From contig JBLDXI010000054.1 of NCBI GenBank assembly GCA_047495785.1, forward strand, positions 1,302,001-1,366,000: a stretch of 64,000 nucleotides of DNA, read 5' to 3'. The position numbers and the translations under genes were made by a program. This DNA is from Lepidodermella squamata. Lineage: Eukaryota > Animalia > Gastrotricha. Positions 26,058 to 38,114 of the stretch are shown one piece after another. The notes beneath the pieces are model-generated. The model saw nothing but the letters and a program-made list of their open reading frames with translations. It was not told the origin of the DNA and did no database searches. The first letter of the stretch is position 1; each line of letters begins with the position of its first letter.

Positions 26058-26580
26058 ATGCGTCAAAGGCGCATCGATTACATAAAAATCACAAGAAATT
26101 GTCTGGCACGGCATATTCAAGCGACGCGAGAGCCGACAATTGTTTTCTTTGAAGAAGCCCAACAGCAGCAAGACGGAAGGACGAACCTAGCTCGCCGCAA
26201 AACAACTGTCTGGAAGATCTGCGGGCTACTATTGGATGACATCATCGTCTGGGGCTACACGTACGAGGAATGCTCGAACGGATTAAACTCATCCTTGAGA
26301 GACTGCCGGCGGCGCATTTCGTACTTGACCCACGAAAATTTCAGTTCGGTCTTGAAAATGATGAGAATTAAGGATTCTTCGTATCGAACCCGCTTTAGTA
26401 CGTAGCGGCGATCAGACACTAGTAAGCTTTCAAAGACCCTATATCCCTAATTTAGCAGATATATTCGAGTCACTGACCAGAGCGTGTAAAGGCTAGCGAT
26501 AGTATGGACTAAAGCGATGGAAGACGCTTTCGAGGCGCCCTCTTCGTCAGCCTATCCAGAGTCAGAACGTTGCTTGGCTT
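26058..26580 (+). mobile_element. degenerate Ty3/Gypsy pol fragment (RT/connection)
   Basis: LLDDIIVWGYTYEEC resembles the YLDDII.FG.T.EEH RT motif. Downstream IVWTKAMEDAFE resembles the W......AF connection motif. Stops and frameshifts present. Confidence 0.6.
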
Positions 26581-27983
26581 ATGGCTGATTTATCGGTTGA
26601 GCGAGAAAGACAGACTATGCATATTTCAGGCCCGACCCCAAACTGTTGGCCGAAGATGAACATCTCAAAAGAAATTTTACTTTTTACCCTCATTGGGAAC
26701 TATTTTGAAAGCCTTACAAATGGTCGCCGTCCAGGTTTTCTAAGAATTTCAATACGTCCGACTCTTCATTGAAATTACGATGGAATGACCATCAAAACGC
26801 TTGTATAAGATTTTAGCACGGTAGTGAATAAACTAATGATCAACGAACACTCGAATTCGGCAAATAAATTTGAACCGACGAATTCATGCATAAAACAATT
26901 CGAATACTTTTGACAACAATCGAAGTAGTTTCGAGTAATGCCGAAATCAAGAGCCATCCCTTAGACATTGAGATGACGAAAAAAGGAACACCGAAGCGCG
27001 CAAAACTGAACGCGGAATAATAGTAGAATCGGAATCAGATGAAGACTTGGCGGTATTCATTATTATTGCGTGATTATTTCAAAATTACATTTTATTCAGC
27101 ATAGATATTTGGAATTTTCTCATCTTCCAGAGACACCTGAACTCGCACCCTCTGCACAAAACCTCACTTCAAATGTAATTTTAGTAAAATCAAACATATC
27201 GGTACTATCATGCATTTTCTATTGATGATTCCTGAATCTGATACATGCTGTTCGTTTCGTATCGAGAAAGAACACTGACTGCATCTGGGCTCAATGATGA
27301 GTTTGACACTTATCTGTGCTACGTGTGCGCTGATACAGCTTCGAACCGCACTTAGCTGCGGGCTAACTCAATTTTTCAATTCTAGGACGCACCCTGATTC
27401 CAACAGTTGGTGTATCTGATTCCAGAATGCTTGAATTTGACCAGATTAAAACGCCCGAGCGCTTCTGCAGAGCAACCTGATCGATTTTTCCTGAGAGATG
27501 AATCTTTTTGCGACTCGGATGGTGTAAGCGTCACTGGAATATTTTGACGTGAAGAAATATCATGAAATCCCATTGCGAAATTGCACCTCCGGAGCCCTCG
27601 ATGCCCTCAGAGCGTCTAAGTTAGCGAATAAAATTGTTGAATGCCTCAAAGATCTGATTGGAAGTTCTCGAAAGTTCCTCGAGGCTACGTCTTGTTTTTT
27701 GCCCATCGAACTGGCTGACTAAAGAAAGCGTCAAATACTTCAAGTTCGGCGAGTTTGAGGTCAAAAGCATCGCCGAGAAATTCAGCCTCGACTGGTGGGT
27801 GGCAACTAAAGATCTTCGGGCCTGGAAAGATGGTCAAGAACCTCAGCGTTCCTGGCTTCAAAGCGGCCACCAATGCTGTGCTCAGGCTCGCGTTGCAGCT
27901 CCGGTGGATACGCAAAGCAAAAATGTTAAACTTGATATTTTTTCTTAAAAATAAATCAGAATCCGCGTAGAAATTCTCGCAAC

Positions 27984-28054
27984 TAGCTTCTCGTCTAATG
28001 GTAGGACGCTGCCCTTAAACGGTGTAAATCTTGGTTCGACTCCAAAGACAAAGA
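27984..28054 (+). pseudogene. tRNA-like sequence (tRNA pseudogene or SINE head)
   Basis: A-box/D-arm CGTCTAATGGTAGGACG and B-box/T-arm TTGGTTCGACTCCAA are present. Anticodon stem pairs weakly and acceptor stem does not pair. Confidence 0.55.
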
Positions 28055-28888
28055 TATAACTGAGCACTGAGCATAACCTAGCTCATGAGCGTTCGCGAGC
28101 GGAATTTTCTTTTCTAAATAGCTAATCCCCCTCCCCCTCGGATAAATTCCTACTTTCTATGCTGTCCTTTCCAGGCTGAGCGCCATAATGCAGCATAATC
28201 TAAGAAACAAGACAAATACTCACGTTTTTGAGGAGGAATTTGACGGCTCAACATCCGGATACCAATGAACCAGTTAGCATGGCGAAATGCCGAAGAGTAA
28301 AGCAGCCGTATCTTCGTTTGGCAAATTCAATGTTTAATCACATTCATTGGAGGACATTCCAAGGTTTATTTTTCAACTTGGCATAAGAATGACCTATAAA
28401 TCGACAGAGAAATAAAACGGCGGATTATGAAGAACTTGAAACTGATCAGGCAGCTATCAAAAGCTTTTCTGCCATGCAAAACGAAAACTGCATGACAGTT
28501 GGAAGGCATCGTCGTCGAATAGGAAAAATTCCGATCAAATTAACCGAATTGGGATGGTTTGGATCAAATTTCAGATGGGGGTTATTGAGCCTCTCTGAGC
28601 GTAGAATATAAATTAACCCAACGAGTTTTGGTCTCGGATCAACTCAGCTGAACTTCCAGCACAACATTCCATGCATGTTTTTTTAATTTTCCTTTACATT
28701 CCAATAGCTATATTGGTATCATATCTACGAATGAAACTACTAGTTTACTAAAAAAATATCAATGACTCAGACAGCCTAGTCCAAAACTTGGACAGAATGG
28801 CAGGATAGAAATACGGGAGTATAAGCAGTCAAACATGAAACAGCAACAACATGAAGAGCTAGACAGAATGGCAGTTCTGAAGGTTATG

Positions 28889-31460
28889 CTACATTTTCCG
28901 CTGGCATTGTTTCAAGCTTCCGCTAGACCACTGAGTTTCTATCAACTGCGGTTTCTTCATCTTAGGAAAGAAAAGCATGCCGAGATTCATTGTGATGCAG
29001 GCGAATATCATAAATGACAACGTGATGCGCTGATATGAACTTTCCTTGAAAATTGCCCCAGCAATGATGCCTCCGCAAGCGAGAAGCATCACTGTTCCGT
29101 AGAAGCAAGCTGATGCCGCTTTCAAATCGGTAATCTTTGGGATCGTTTTCTGCAAAAATAAATTTGAATGGATAGCTTTCGTACGAAATTAAAAATTACC
29201 GATCTGAGGGCATGCGCAAGGAAACTGCCTCTTAATGTGATGAGTGCGTTAATCAAACAAGCCACCGAGATGACAAACTGAGACATTCCCGAGGAACCGA
29301 CAGCCAAGCTGTAATTAACGAACTCTCTTTCTATCGAACTATCAACGGAAATTGCGTCAGTTGTTGAAATGACCTCCGGCGGCGATACCACGAAGCAAAT
29401 CAAAATGAATATTGCGAAAAATGTCAGTACAAGCGCCCCAACGCAGCAAATAGCAAATTTCAACCTTCCAAATCCAGCTACGCTTGCTGATTTTACCGAG
29501 GAAGTGTTAGTTAGCCGCAAAACTCGGAGGCTGCTCCTTGTCGGTAAGAGTAGGGCAGCCTTGTTCTGGGCAAAATATGCGAGTTCCAGCTTCCCTTCCA
29601 AACCAAACATTACACAGGTAATGCCGAAAAACAAAAGGCCATAGGCCAGAGTCATTAAATGCTGAAAATTCGCATCGAAGAGCATGGGTTGAAGCAGCAC
29701 GGAGGTTAGAAGTAAGATATTCCCGACCATGACGAACCGCCCAAACTCTGGAACGGATGTTGCGATTCTTTTATTCCTTTTCCGCATTTTTTCATGCCAG
29801 ATGAAAACGGAAACACAAGTTGCGAGTAATAACACCGCGAGTATCGTGATCGTTATGTAGGCGGGAAGACTGAGAAGTGGCGAGGTAGTTTTCTCTACGT
29901 GTACAGTATCAGAGGGAGGTTTCCCGTTCGATGTCCCCCAAGTCATGGGCGAGAGACTGCAATTCATATCTCGAAATTTCGAGAAGTAAAAGCATATCGG
30001 GATTTGTTTGATTCTGTTTGTAATTGGATCCCTTCTATACTGAAAAAGGCCTTGAACCGAACTACCGCCCGTGTTCAATGTTGTGTTCCTTTCGAAAGCG
30101 ACATCCCCGAGTTTCACTCTCAAGCGGGTCGAGAAGAGCGCTTCCTTCATAGTGTTAACTATAGAGCCGCCGTTTTGTTTGAACATATTACCACGAGTCA
30201 CCCATTGAGAAAGAGTTTGATTGTCTGGATGAAAACAAACCAATAATTTTCAGAGTTGAAATGAGTCAATACTTACCGCTATTGAGGAGGGTCTCAGTTC
30301 TGTTCAACACAAAGATTCCTGCCATGGTGGTGTCATAGCACGCATGTCTCCTAGCAGAAAAGATGGGTGAAGCCTCCGGCTTTTCTATTCTGGACGTTAT
30401 CCAGTTAGTTAGATCTGTCCCAGAATTCCCAAAGGAGTCCACATCATTGTCAATACCCAAATTCATCAGACTTGTGCAACCGAAAGCAATCACACTCTGT
30501 AGAACTTCCTCCAGCATGCTCTCAGTACACCAATCAAAGCGAGAAGGGTCATTAGGGGAGAAAACAAAGGTTAACAGCGAGAAAATGACCACATTTGGCC
30601 CGAAGAGCTTGTATCGATGTAGATAACAAGCCGCTCGAGTGGTTGACGCTGCGTTTAGAATAATGATTCTCGGATTCAGCTTTTTCAAGTCTGAAACTGC
30701 TTGTTCTATGTTTTCAGCATCAGCTAAAGAGCCGGCAATGTAGGGAATTTTAAAAACTCCCACGACTTTCGAGCCGTTTTTTCTCTCAAAATTGGCGGCG
30801 AATTCGGAATCAACCTGCCCGAAGTAGTCACTACCTTCAGACACTAACGCAACTCGTTGCCACTTCATCAATTCGAAGAATTTGTGGAGGATGTTGTAGC
30901 ACGAGCTAAGCGAGGTCTGAAGCACAAAAAAGTTGCGATATCGCGATCTTTGAACGAGAGGCTCGTTTTGTGATGCTGCCAACGTGATTCCGAGGTAATT
31001 GAAATGTTGAAGGATTTGCCCAGTGTTCATATTAGCCGAACTGAATGGACCAACTGTCAGTGGTAGTCGGTCTGAGATTGAATCATTGAAATGCAGCTGG
31101 GACACGATTTTACTCACTCCGATCGGCCTGGAATACTAACGAAAACAAATCAATGCAAAAATGTTGAATTACTCCTCCGCCTACCAAGTCATCAACGAAG
31201 TCCACAGCTAGTTCATAGCCAGGTAGCATGTTCATTCGTTTAACGCTATCAAGTGCGAGTCTGATCGCCTCGGTGCAAATGGGCCCCATAGGTTGAACAG
31301 TACCCCCATAGTTATATGACGCCATCATGCTGATGACTTTCCGGCTCGTATCGTTTGGGTTGTATGATGTTGAGAAAATTCTCGGCTCCAATGGGGCTGA
31401 CATAGGTATTTTCGCTAGCGCGAAGGCAGCGATTAACAAAGTGATAAATGCTCGAAACAT
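28889..31460 (-). CDS. GABA-B-like class C GPCR, copy 5 (subfamily B); exons 31460-31185, 31135-30277, 30224-29200, 29149-28889
   Basis: Same intron positions as copy 4 (49, 52, 50 nt). Signal peptide MFRAFITLLIAAFALA, VFT and 7TM; TM6 FYGTVMLLACGGIIAGAIF is identical to copy 4. Confidence 0.88.
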
Positions 31461-33150
31461 TGGATTAATTATTATGCTACGTTTTTTGTTAAACACGCTG
31501 CCTAAATAATGTCCACCGCTGCGAAATCGGCATAACATCCTGTTGAGCAATTTCCTGCCATTATCTTGAGTTTGATTGAATCTAATGCATTTTCTTCTAC
31601 CACACGACAACCGAATCTTTGACCCAAAAGCGTCATGTTTCACGCATGGCGTGCAATATGAGCTTACTTTTCAAAATCACGGATGTTCAATTCGACTATA
31701 TAGATTATTTGAGACCTCCACAGCAACAGTGATGAGAAGACGGGCAAGCTCGAGAATAATATATTCTCAATACCTTCTTGATGGAAACTAATGCGCCTTC
31801 ATCAACACTATTTCCTGCATTTCAGCGGCGATTGACGCATTTTCCAACCACGAAAAATGCCTCCATTCTTCGAAATTTGAGAATATGTACGGTGAAATAT
31901 CCTGCCATCAAGATGGGTATGATTTCCGATACTTTTAGCAACTGATATTGAACAATTCTACCAAAAGTGTCATTTTTCACACATGGCTTGCGCTAAGTAA
32001 ACCTGACATTCAAAACTCACGGATTTTCTTTCTGAACTATATTTGTGACATCAATAACAGCATGTGGACAAGGTCTTTAAGGAAGGAAATTGCCTGGATT
32101 AGATTCGCCCACTTGTTTTCACGGACCAATACCTCTCCCGACTCTATTTACTGCTTTTAAGCGGCGACACACCGATGCTCGTATATCCGAACGTGCTATG
32201 ATTCTTCTAAATTTGAGATGATAATAGTATCTGATGCGGAACCTAGAGCCCGAACGCTGGATCTACCGCGCGACACATCGAACACGACCAGCAGCTGGCT
32301 TGGTTCAGGCTAATGAAGGCAAGTCAACTATGGAGCCACTAACCATTAACCAGTTGAGCTATAGCATCATGGTTTCAGGAATGAAAAACTAGTAATTGCT
32401 TGCGGAAAAAATATGAAGAGTATGTGGCAACAAGAATGTGCCCAGGGGCCACCCGAATGTTAATCCGGCACCACCCTTAACCCCAAAAGGAAATTTTCGA
32501 AAAAATGAAAGCTGCTCCGACTAGGCCCAGCTCCAAAGGGGTGACAGATTTTTCCATTTTTTGAGCCAAAAATAACAAAATGTATCGGGGCCCTCACGTT
32601 TTCCCAAAAAGTGTCCGAATTTGCAAACGCCTACGTAGCGCGTAACTAAGTCAAAGACTGCCGCAGACGCATTTTTGCAATTTAGGACGTCATCCATCAT
32701 TTAACGCTTTCACCTTTGTCGTCCTAACCCACAACCCACTGCCCGCATATTTTTCTGAAGCAATAAATTATAGGTGAGTTGATACCGTAGATATAGGTGA
32801 TTCCTGTATCCAAATGAAACTTGCCAGACTAAGTGCGGCCATCTGAGATAACAGCGGGCAGCGAGTATCAGTTATAAATATGGTAACAGACGTAAAATGC
32901 CAACTTTTCAATTTAAAATCTAAACAAGAAAAAATCGTTGCCAACGATGCTTGAACAAAACCATGATTTGGGTTCATTCGAAATGAAGAAGCGAGCTGAT
33001 GATTACAAGAAGAATTGAACTATCCACTGAAACTTGAAACCAAGCGTTCCACATATACAATCACGGTTTCATAATCCTTAATTACAGCTTTCTGCAAGCC
33101 CATCCAAAACATGATTTTCACAATCTAACAAAGTCAATAAATTCTTCACA

Positions 33151-35445
33151 CTAAAAAAGGAGTTTGACAACTTCCGAAGGGTCAACGGGAGATGACATAT
33201 CACCTTTAAAAACCGGAACCATCTTAGTTAAACTGTTAAAGGTAGTTTTCAGATCGAATATGACTTCATCACGAAGCTCCGCGTCATCAAGCAAAACCCG
33301 GCGGGCTAATTTATTCTGCGCAGCCAGGGCACCCAGAAGAACCCCGGCAGTGCTGGAAATCACTTGAAATTCCACTATTCGCTCGTCAGAGCTCTTAGTC
33401 TCAACACCAGCTGGGTACAATGCAGCGTTGTGCTGTAGGTACAACAGAAATTTCTCCATTTTACTGCGATCTTGAGTCTCAGAGTTAGAGTCGAAATAGG
33501 CTGAGAAAGGTACGATAACAGGTTTCCGAAATGAAATCGCATGTAGAACCAGCTGGGAGTAGCCCAATTCAAGCAAACTGCCTTCTTTATTGATAATCCA
33601 TGAAAAAGTGGCCCTGGCAATATTCAATAACTTCGAGCCGAATTTCATTTCCCAGCGTTTTCGGCATTCAGCATTAGCGCAGCGCAGTAAATTCGCGGTA
33701 AGTAGTAAACTAACAGGCCCACCTTCATTAGACGGTGGGAAGGAGAAAAACAAACCAACAAGAGGATCGAATTCAGGTGATGTAATCATTTTCGAGAAGC
33801 AGGAGGAGTTCGAGACTGCAGCAAGTGTCATCACCAAATCAGTCACTTGCCTCACGATTGCGAAATTCATCACTCTACCGTAATCGCTTTCCATTAATAT
33901 TTCAAGTCCGGTTTTTAAGGTGGGGATGTAATTTATGCAGAAGCGCTCACTTTTGGCGAGAGGAGCAGCCATTTCAGGGCCATTCCACATGATGTAATTA
34001 GTCATTGGAACCGTTAGTAGAGACATCAATAGCACCTGGTCGCCAGAAACACTCAACTTTTTGTGATTATCAATGAAGAATCGGCATCGAGCTGCCAAGT
34101 AATTGAAAATTGGAAGATGGTGGATTAAATAATCGGGCGATGGAACAGAGTCACGAATAAATATGAGAATGTAACTCAGCGATGTATGCAAGGTGTGAAA
34201 AAGGTTTCCAGTCGTCACGAAATTGGTGTTAAGCCATTCTTTGGGTGGATTTTTAAATTCGGAATACTTGCACTCGGCGAAAGATATCGTAGAAATGAGA
34301 GCAAGCAAATCCAAAGCTTCGAAAAATTCACGTTTAGACATCTTTTTGACAGTATCCTTGAACACCTGGTTTTTCATAGCATTTTCAGTCAAAGCTTTAA
34401 TAAAGGTATTCGAAAGAAAATATCTGCCATTAAACAAAAACATCACAGAGCCTTTGCAATAAGCTAAAAAATTGTCAAACGGCTCAAACATCACAGGGTC
34501 TTTTTCGTCAATATATTTCGAATAGTTGAAAATCGGATGAGAAAATAAAAACCAGCCTTGGTACAAATCTGTGACGTATTCATTCGGCAGGCAGTCAGCC
34601 ATTCTTATAGCAGCCTCGGCGCTGTATAGAGATTTTCCGAATTTCTTGAAAAAATCGATGTACCACTGACTTTTCAACAACTGCTTGTTCAGCTTCGTGG
34701 TTTTGCCGTCGGATAACTTCAGCATTAGAGCGATCAGTTTAAAAAACGAAGCCAAAAACCACATTTCGAAAAACGTCAATTTAGGAAATTCAGCCTTAGC
34801 CAAATAAGCAAGAATTGCTTTATTTTTGCCAATATTCGAGATAAATTCACTGAAACGCTGCATTCTGTCCACAAGGACAGCATTTTCAGTTTGCCGCTTT
34901 TCGATAACACGGTAAGCATGGGCAGTCAGGAACAGACCTGCCTTGACGTCGAATTTAGCCTTCAGATGTTCAAATCGACTGAGCACATCCTCGAGACTGT
35001 CTTCGCTATACAATTCGAAAATGTCCTCCTTCGTTAGCGCGAAAGCAGGTTCAAAATAAGGCTCCATTTTCGCCTTACCAAATCGAGACTCGGCCGCGTA
35101 GTAAACGCCCATCCCTTCATCTTGTTTGCCCAGGTTCACCAGGGTTACGAGGTAGCCGATCATCGATTCTTCAGTGCACCAATAAATTAGATCATTTGCC
35201 TTCACAGCAACTGGCTCCATTACTTCAAGTTTACTTTCCATAAAAGGTTTTAGATGTTCCCGCATCATGGCCTGGGCTTCGAGGCCTCGTTTTTGGAAGA
35301 TGGTGTCATCTTGACCGCGAGCACGAGTTCGAACCTCGGAGATAAATTTCCGGACATCAGATGGCTCTTTGATGCGAGACAAAATATCACAGACTTCTTC
35401 CGACCCGGGTTGGACATTGTTGCCGAAAATGAACTGATGAATCAT
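33151..35445 (-). CDS. uncharacterised 764-aa helical protein, family copy B (intronless)
   Basis: Intact ORF, collinear paralog of 23265-25559 with long identical stretches. Confidence 0.88.
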   Translation of the reverse strand: MIHQFIFGNNVQPGSEEVCDILSRIKEPSDVRKFISEVRTRARGQDDTIFQKRGLEAQAMMREHLKPFMESKLEVMEPVAVKANDLIYWCTEESMIGYLVTLVNLGKQDEGMGVYYAAESRFGKAKMEPYFEPAFALTKEDIFELYSEDSLEDVLSRFEHLKAKFDVKAGLFLTAHAYRVIEKRQTENAVLVDRMQRFSEFISNIGKNKAILAYLAKAEFPKLTFFEMWFLASFFKLIALMLKLSDGKTTKLNKQLLKSQWYIDFFKKFGKSLYSAEAAIRMADCLPNEYVTDLYQGWFLFSHPIFNYSKYIDEKDPVMFEPFDNFLAYCKGSVMFLFNGRYFLSNTFIKALTENAMKNQVFKDTVKKMSKREFFEALDLLALISTISFAECKYSEFKNPPKEWLNTNFVTTGNLFHTLHTSLSYILIFIRDSVPSPDYLIHHLPIFNYLAARCRFFIDNHKKLSVSGDQVLLMSLLTVPMTNYIMWNGPEMAAPLAKSERFCINYIPTLKTGLEILMESDYGRVMNFAIVRQVTDLVMTLAAVSNSSCFSKMITSPEFDPLVGLFFSFPPSNEGGPVSLLLTANLLRCANAECRKRWEMKFGSKLLNIARATFSWIINKEGSLLELGYSQLVLHAISFRKPVIVPFSAYFDSNSETQDRSKMEKFLLYLQHNAALYPAGVETKSSDERIVEFQVISSTAGVLLGALAAQNKLARRVLLDDAELRDEVIFDLKTTFNSLTKMVPVFKGDMSSPVDPSEVVKLLF

Positions 35446-36399
35446 CAGATGGTAAATCGAATAAATACTATAATATTAAATTTTATTGGTAAATGAATTG
35501 AGTTTATCATTCCATACACAATGTTTCATAATGCGAGTGAAGAAGTAAATTGCTAGCTCCTATCAGCAATGCACGTCTCAAATATACAAAATAGATGTCT
35601 TGAATAAATCAAGGATGGTTGATAAAATCAATATAGGTCACGTTCATTTTGAATATTCAACCACTCGGAATGTGAGTGAAGATTTTTCAATGCGCAGGCC
35701 GGCCAGGTTTTGCAGGTGAGATATCGATAATGCAGCCGGGTGATCATTGCTAGATTAATCAGAATAAATTAAGCAAAATTACTTGATTCGGGCTAATGAG
35801 GGAAACAAACCACAGAGTGCACCATGGAATAGCTTTCAAGTCAACCAGAATAAATTAGGCCAGAAATTGGCGCGAAGCTCCAGTCAACTAAAAGATAAAA
35901 TATATGATCAACATATGCTCAATGATATTTCAGATTTCAGATGAATCCATTGATTTTAAATTTAGTCAACATGAAGCAGGAGGCGAACGGAAGAATCGCG
36001 ACCTATAATCAGCAGGTGGAGCGTTGGGTCGAGCGAATGGAGGAGATTGTTCGTCTTTGTCGTAATATAAATGTCTCAGTCTGTAACAGCGCAGATAAGC
36101 GGCAATCTTTTACAGGACCCAACTTCAAACGTTAGCAAACTTTGACGAAGGAAACCTACCAGCTCTGCCGGTTTTGGCACTGGAAAGTTTGCCCGAAGGC
36201 ATGGAGGCGCACTAGCGGTGTTCCACCTCTACTATCTACTATTATTTCTATGAAATTTGAGATTTTCAACTCTAATGTTCGTGTATAATAGGTTCAGTAC
36301 AGCGCTATTTCGATCCAACGCCACTCGTCCTCTCCTGGATTCAAAGCAGCCGTCGGCTTTACCAGCTAGTAGCTACCTAGCTCAAACAGTTCTAGACTC

Positions 36400-37824
36400 A
36401 AAGCGGTCAAAGCGGTAGTAAAATTCGACAACTACGCGTATTATTCGCGTACACCCACGGCTTTTTGTGAATTGAAAGTTCTCGCAGCGAATTTCGGTAT
36501 CGTTATCAAAACAATGCAACGCGTTATAGATGTGCGCTGGGAGTATTCGAGTTTCAACTCTCTGGCCTCACCGGCTGAAAACAACTCTTCGCCTTCTCAG
36601 TAGCAAGCTCGAAACGGCGAAGACGAGGAGAAACAAAAATATTCAAGATCTTTTTTAGTCTAGATTGCTAGATTGTTAGGAAACGACCCTATAGCTACAA
36701 GCACCCAAGACAAAGTTCTGCCCGAGGGATTATCACATGTGCATTGATTTGCCAAAACTTACGATGAAATTAATTTTCGATGAAAACAAGATGCTACAAG
36801 TAAAAGCCATCGGTTTCGGCGTAGGTTTCTGACATCACTTTGATTTATTGGGAACACGAACGTTACAAATTTCTCTCAGAATTAGCTAGTTTGTCGGCGA
36901 TGGCGGAGATAGAAATCGAAGTCAAACAGCAACTTGTTTTGGCCGTGAATAATGAAAGGCAGTTTGAAGGCTATTGACAGTTAATCGAAGAAATGTTGAA
37001 AAACGTTGAGAAAGACGTTGATAAAATGCTGGAACAATTTGGCCATGAAAACGCATGGAGACTTGAAGATATGCAGAAAGCCGATGAATTAGGGCTGCAG
37101 GATGTCAGGATACTGGAGCGGATGCAAGAAGAGACTTTGATGAATTCGAACCCCCAATACCAGCAATTGGACAATATTCTTCGCAATGGGATGGGCTATT
37201 ATGAGTCATTGGATTTGAAGAAACAATTGGTTAATCGAATGAGTCGTGAGGAATAATTGAGAAGCTTCTGCGTGCAGAAATCATTAGAAAAGATAGGTCC
37301 TAGAGTCGACCGGCACGCAGTCTACTCTGGTTGTCGATTCTTCTGCAAAGGTGCCCTGCTAGAATATGATGGGCCACCATGGCAAATTTGGATGCCCGTA
37401 ATGCGTTATCGAGGGGTATCACCTGGAGGGCGCAGTGCGCTTTCTCTTTCAAGAAGATATGCTGCTCAAAGATCACAAGAGTTGAAAGTTATGACGCTCG
37501 CTATTGAGCAAACTGGTAAATAGACCCGTGGCTTGATTCTTCTGATAGCTTGAAATGCTATAGCACGATCTGCAAGCCTAGTTACATACGACATTAACCC
37601 AATGAGTTCAACGATAATAAGCCAACCGCCCAACAAGGTGGCGCGGCAAGATGCCGAGGGATTTTACCTACTTCTCGGCGATGAAGGAACTGTTCTAGTG
37701 CGATGGACGTATTTCAGCTACCATTCTCTCCACGCAGCGGCTAACAACATCTCAGCGATCTGCAAGCAGCTCAGTAGCAAGCTTGAAACGGCGTGAAGAG
37801 GACGAGTAGAAACGGAAGATTCAA
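36400..37824 (+). mobile_element. possible highly decayed LTR-retrotransposon pol relic, interrupted by the DD41D element
   Basis: Weak fragments only: PAENNSSP (RNase H AE.NYS-like) and GRVE (integrase GRVER-like). Many stops. Confidence 0.3.
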
Positions 37825-38114
37825 TACAGGGTGACTTTTTTATAGTGGCAATAATCTTTCTTAGCAATATTTGCGTGTAGTACTGCATTACGCTTGTATG
37901 GCGAGTACTTGCACAGCCCGATGTCGATATCCTGTAGAATCAGATTAGACATGTTTACATGTAAAAAAACTTGGCAGTGATTGAGCGCGTAATAATTAAC
38001 AGTGCCGCCGCGACCTAGGTCATGTTGAGCCCCAACGAACGAAACAATTTAACAGGTGCACGAATAATTGTCGTTAGTCACATCTGTCAGTGCAAAATTT
38101 TCTCTGAACAAAAA

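Noticed and set aside
27380-27950. Short ORFs on both strands
   Set aside because: Interrupted by stops, with no recognisable motif or consistent splice model.
32443-32700. hAT-like terminus CAGGGGCCACCCG
   Set aside because: No partner TIR or 8-bp TSD found.
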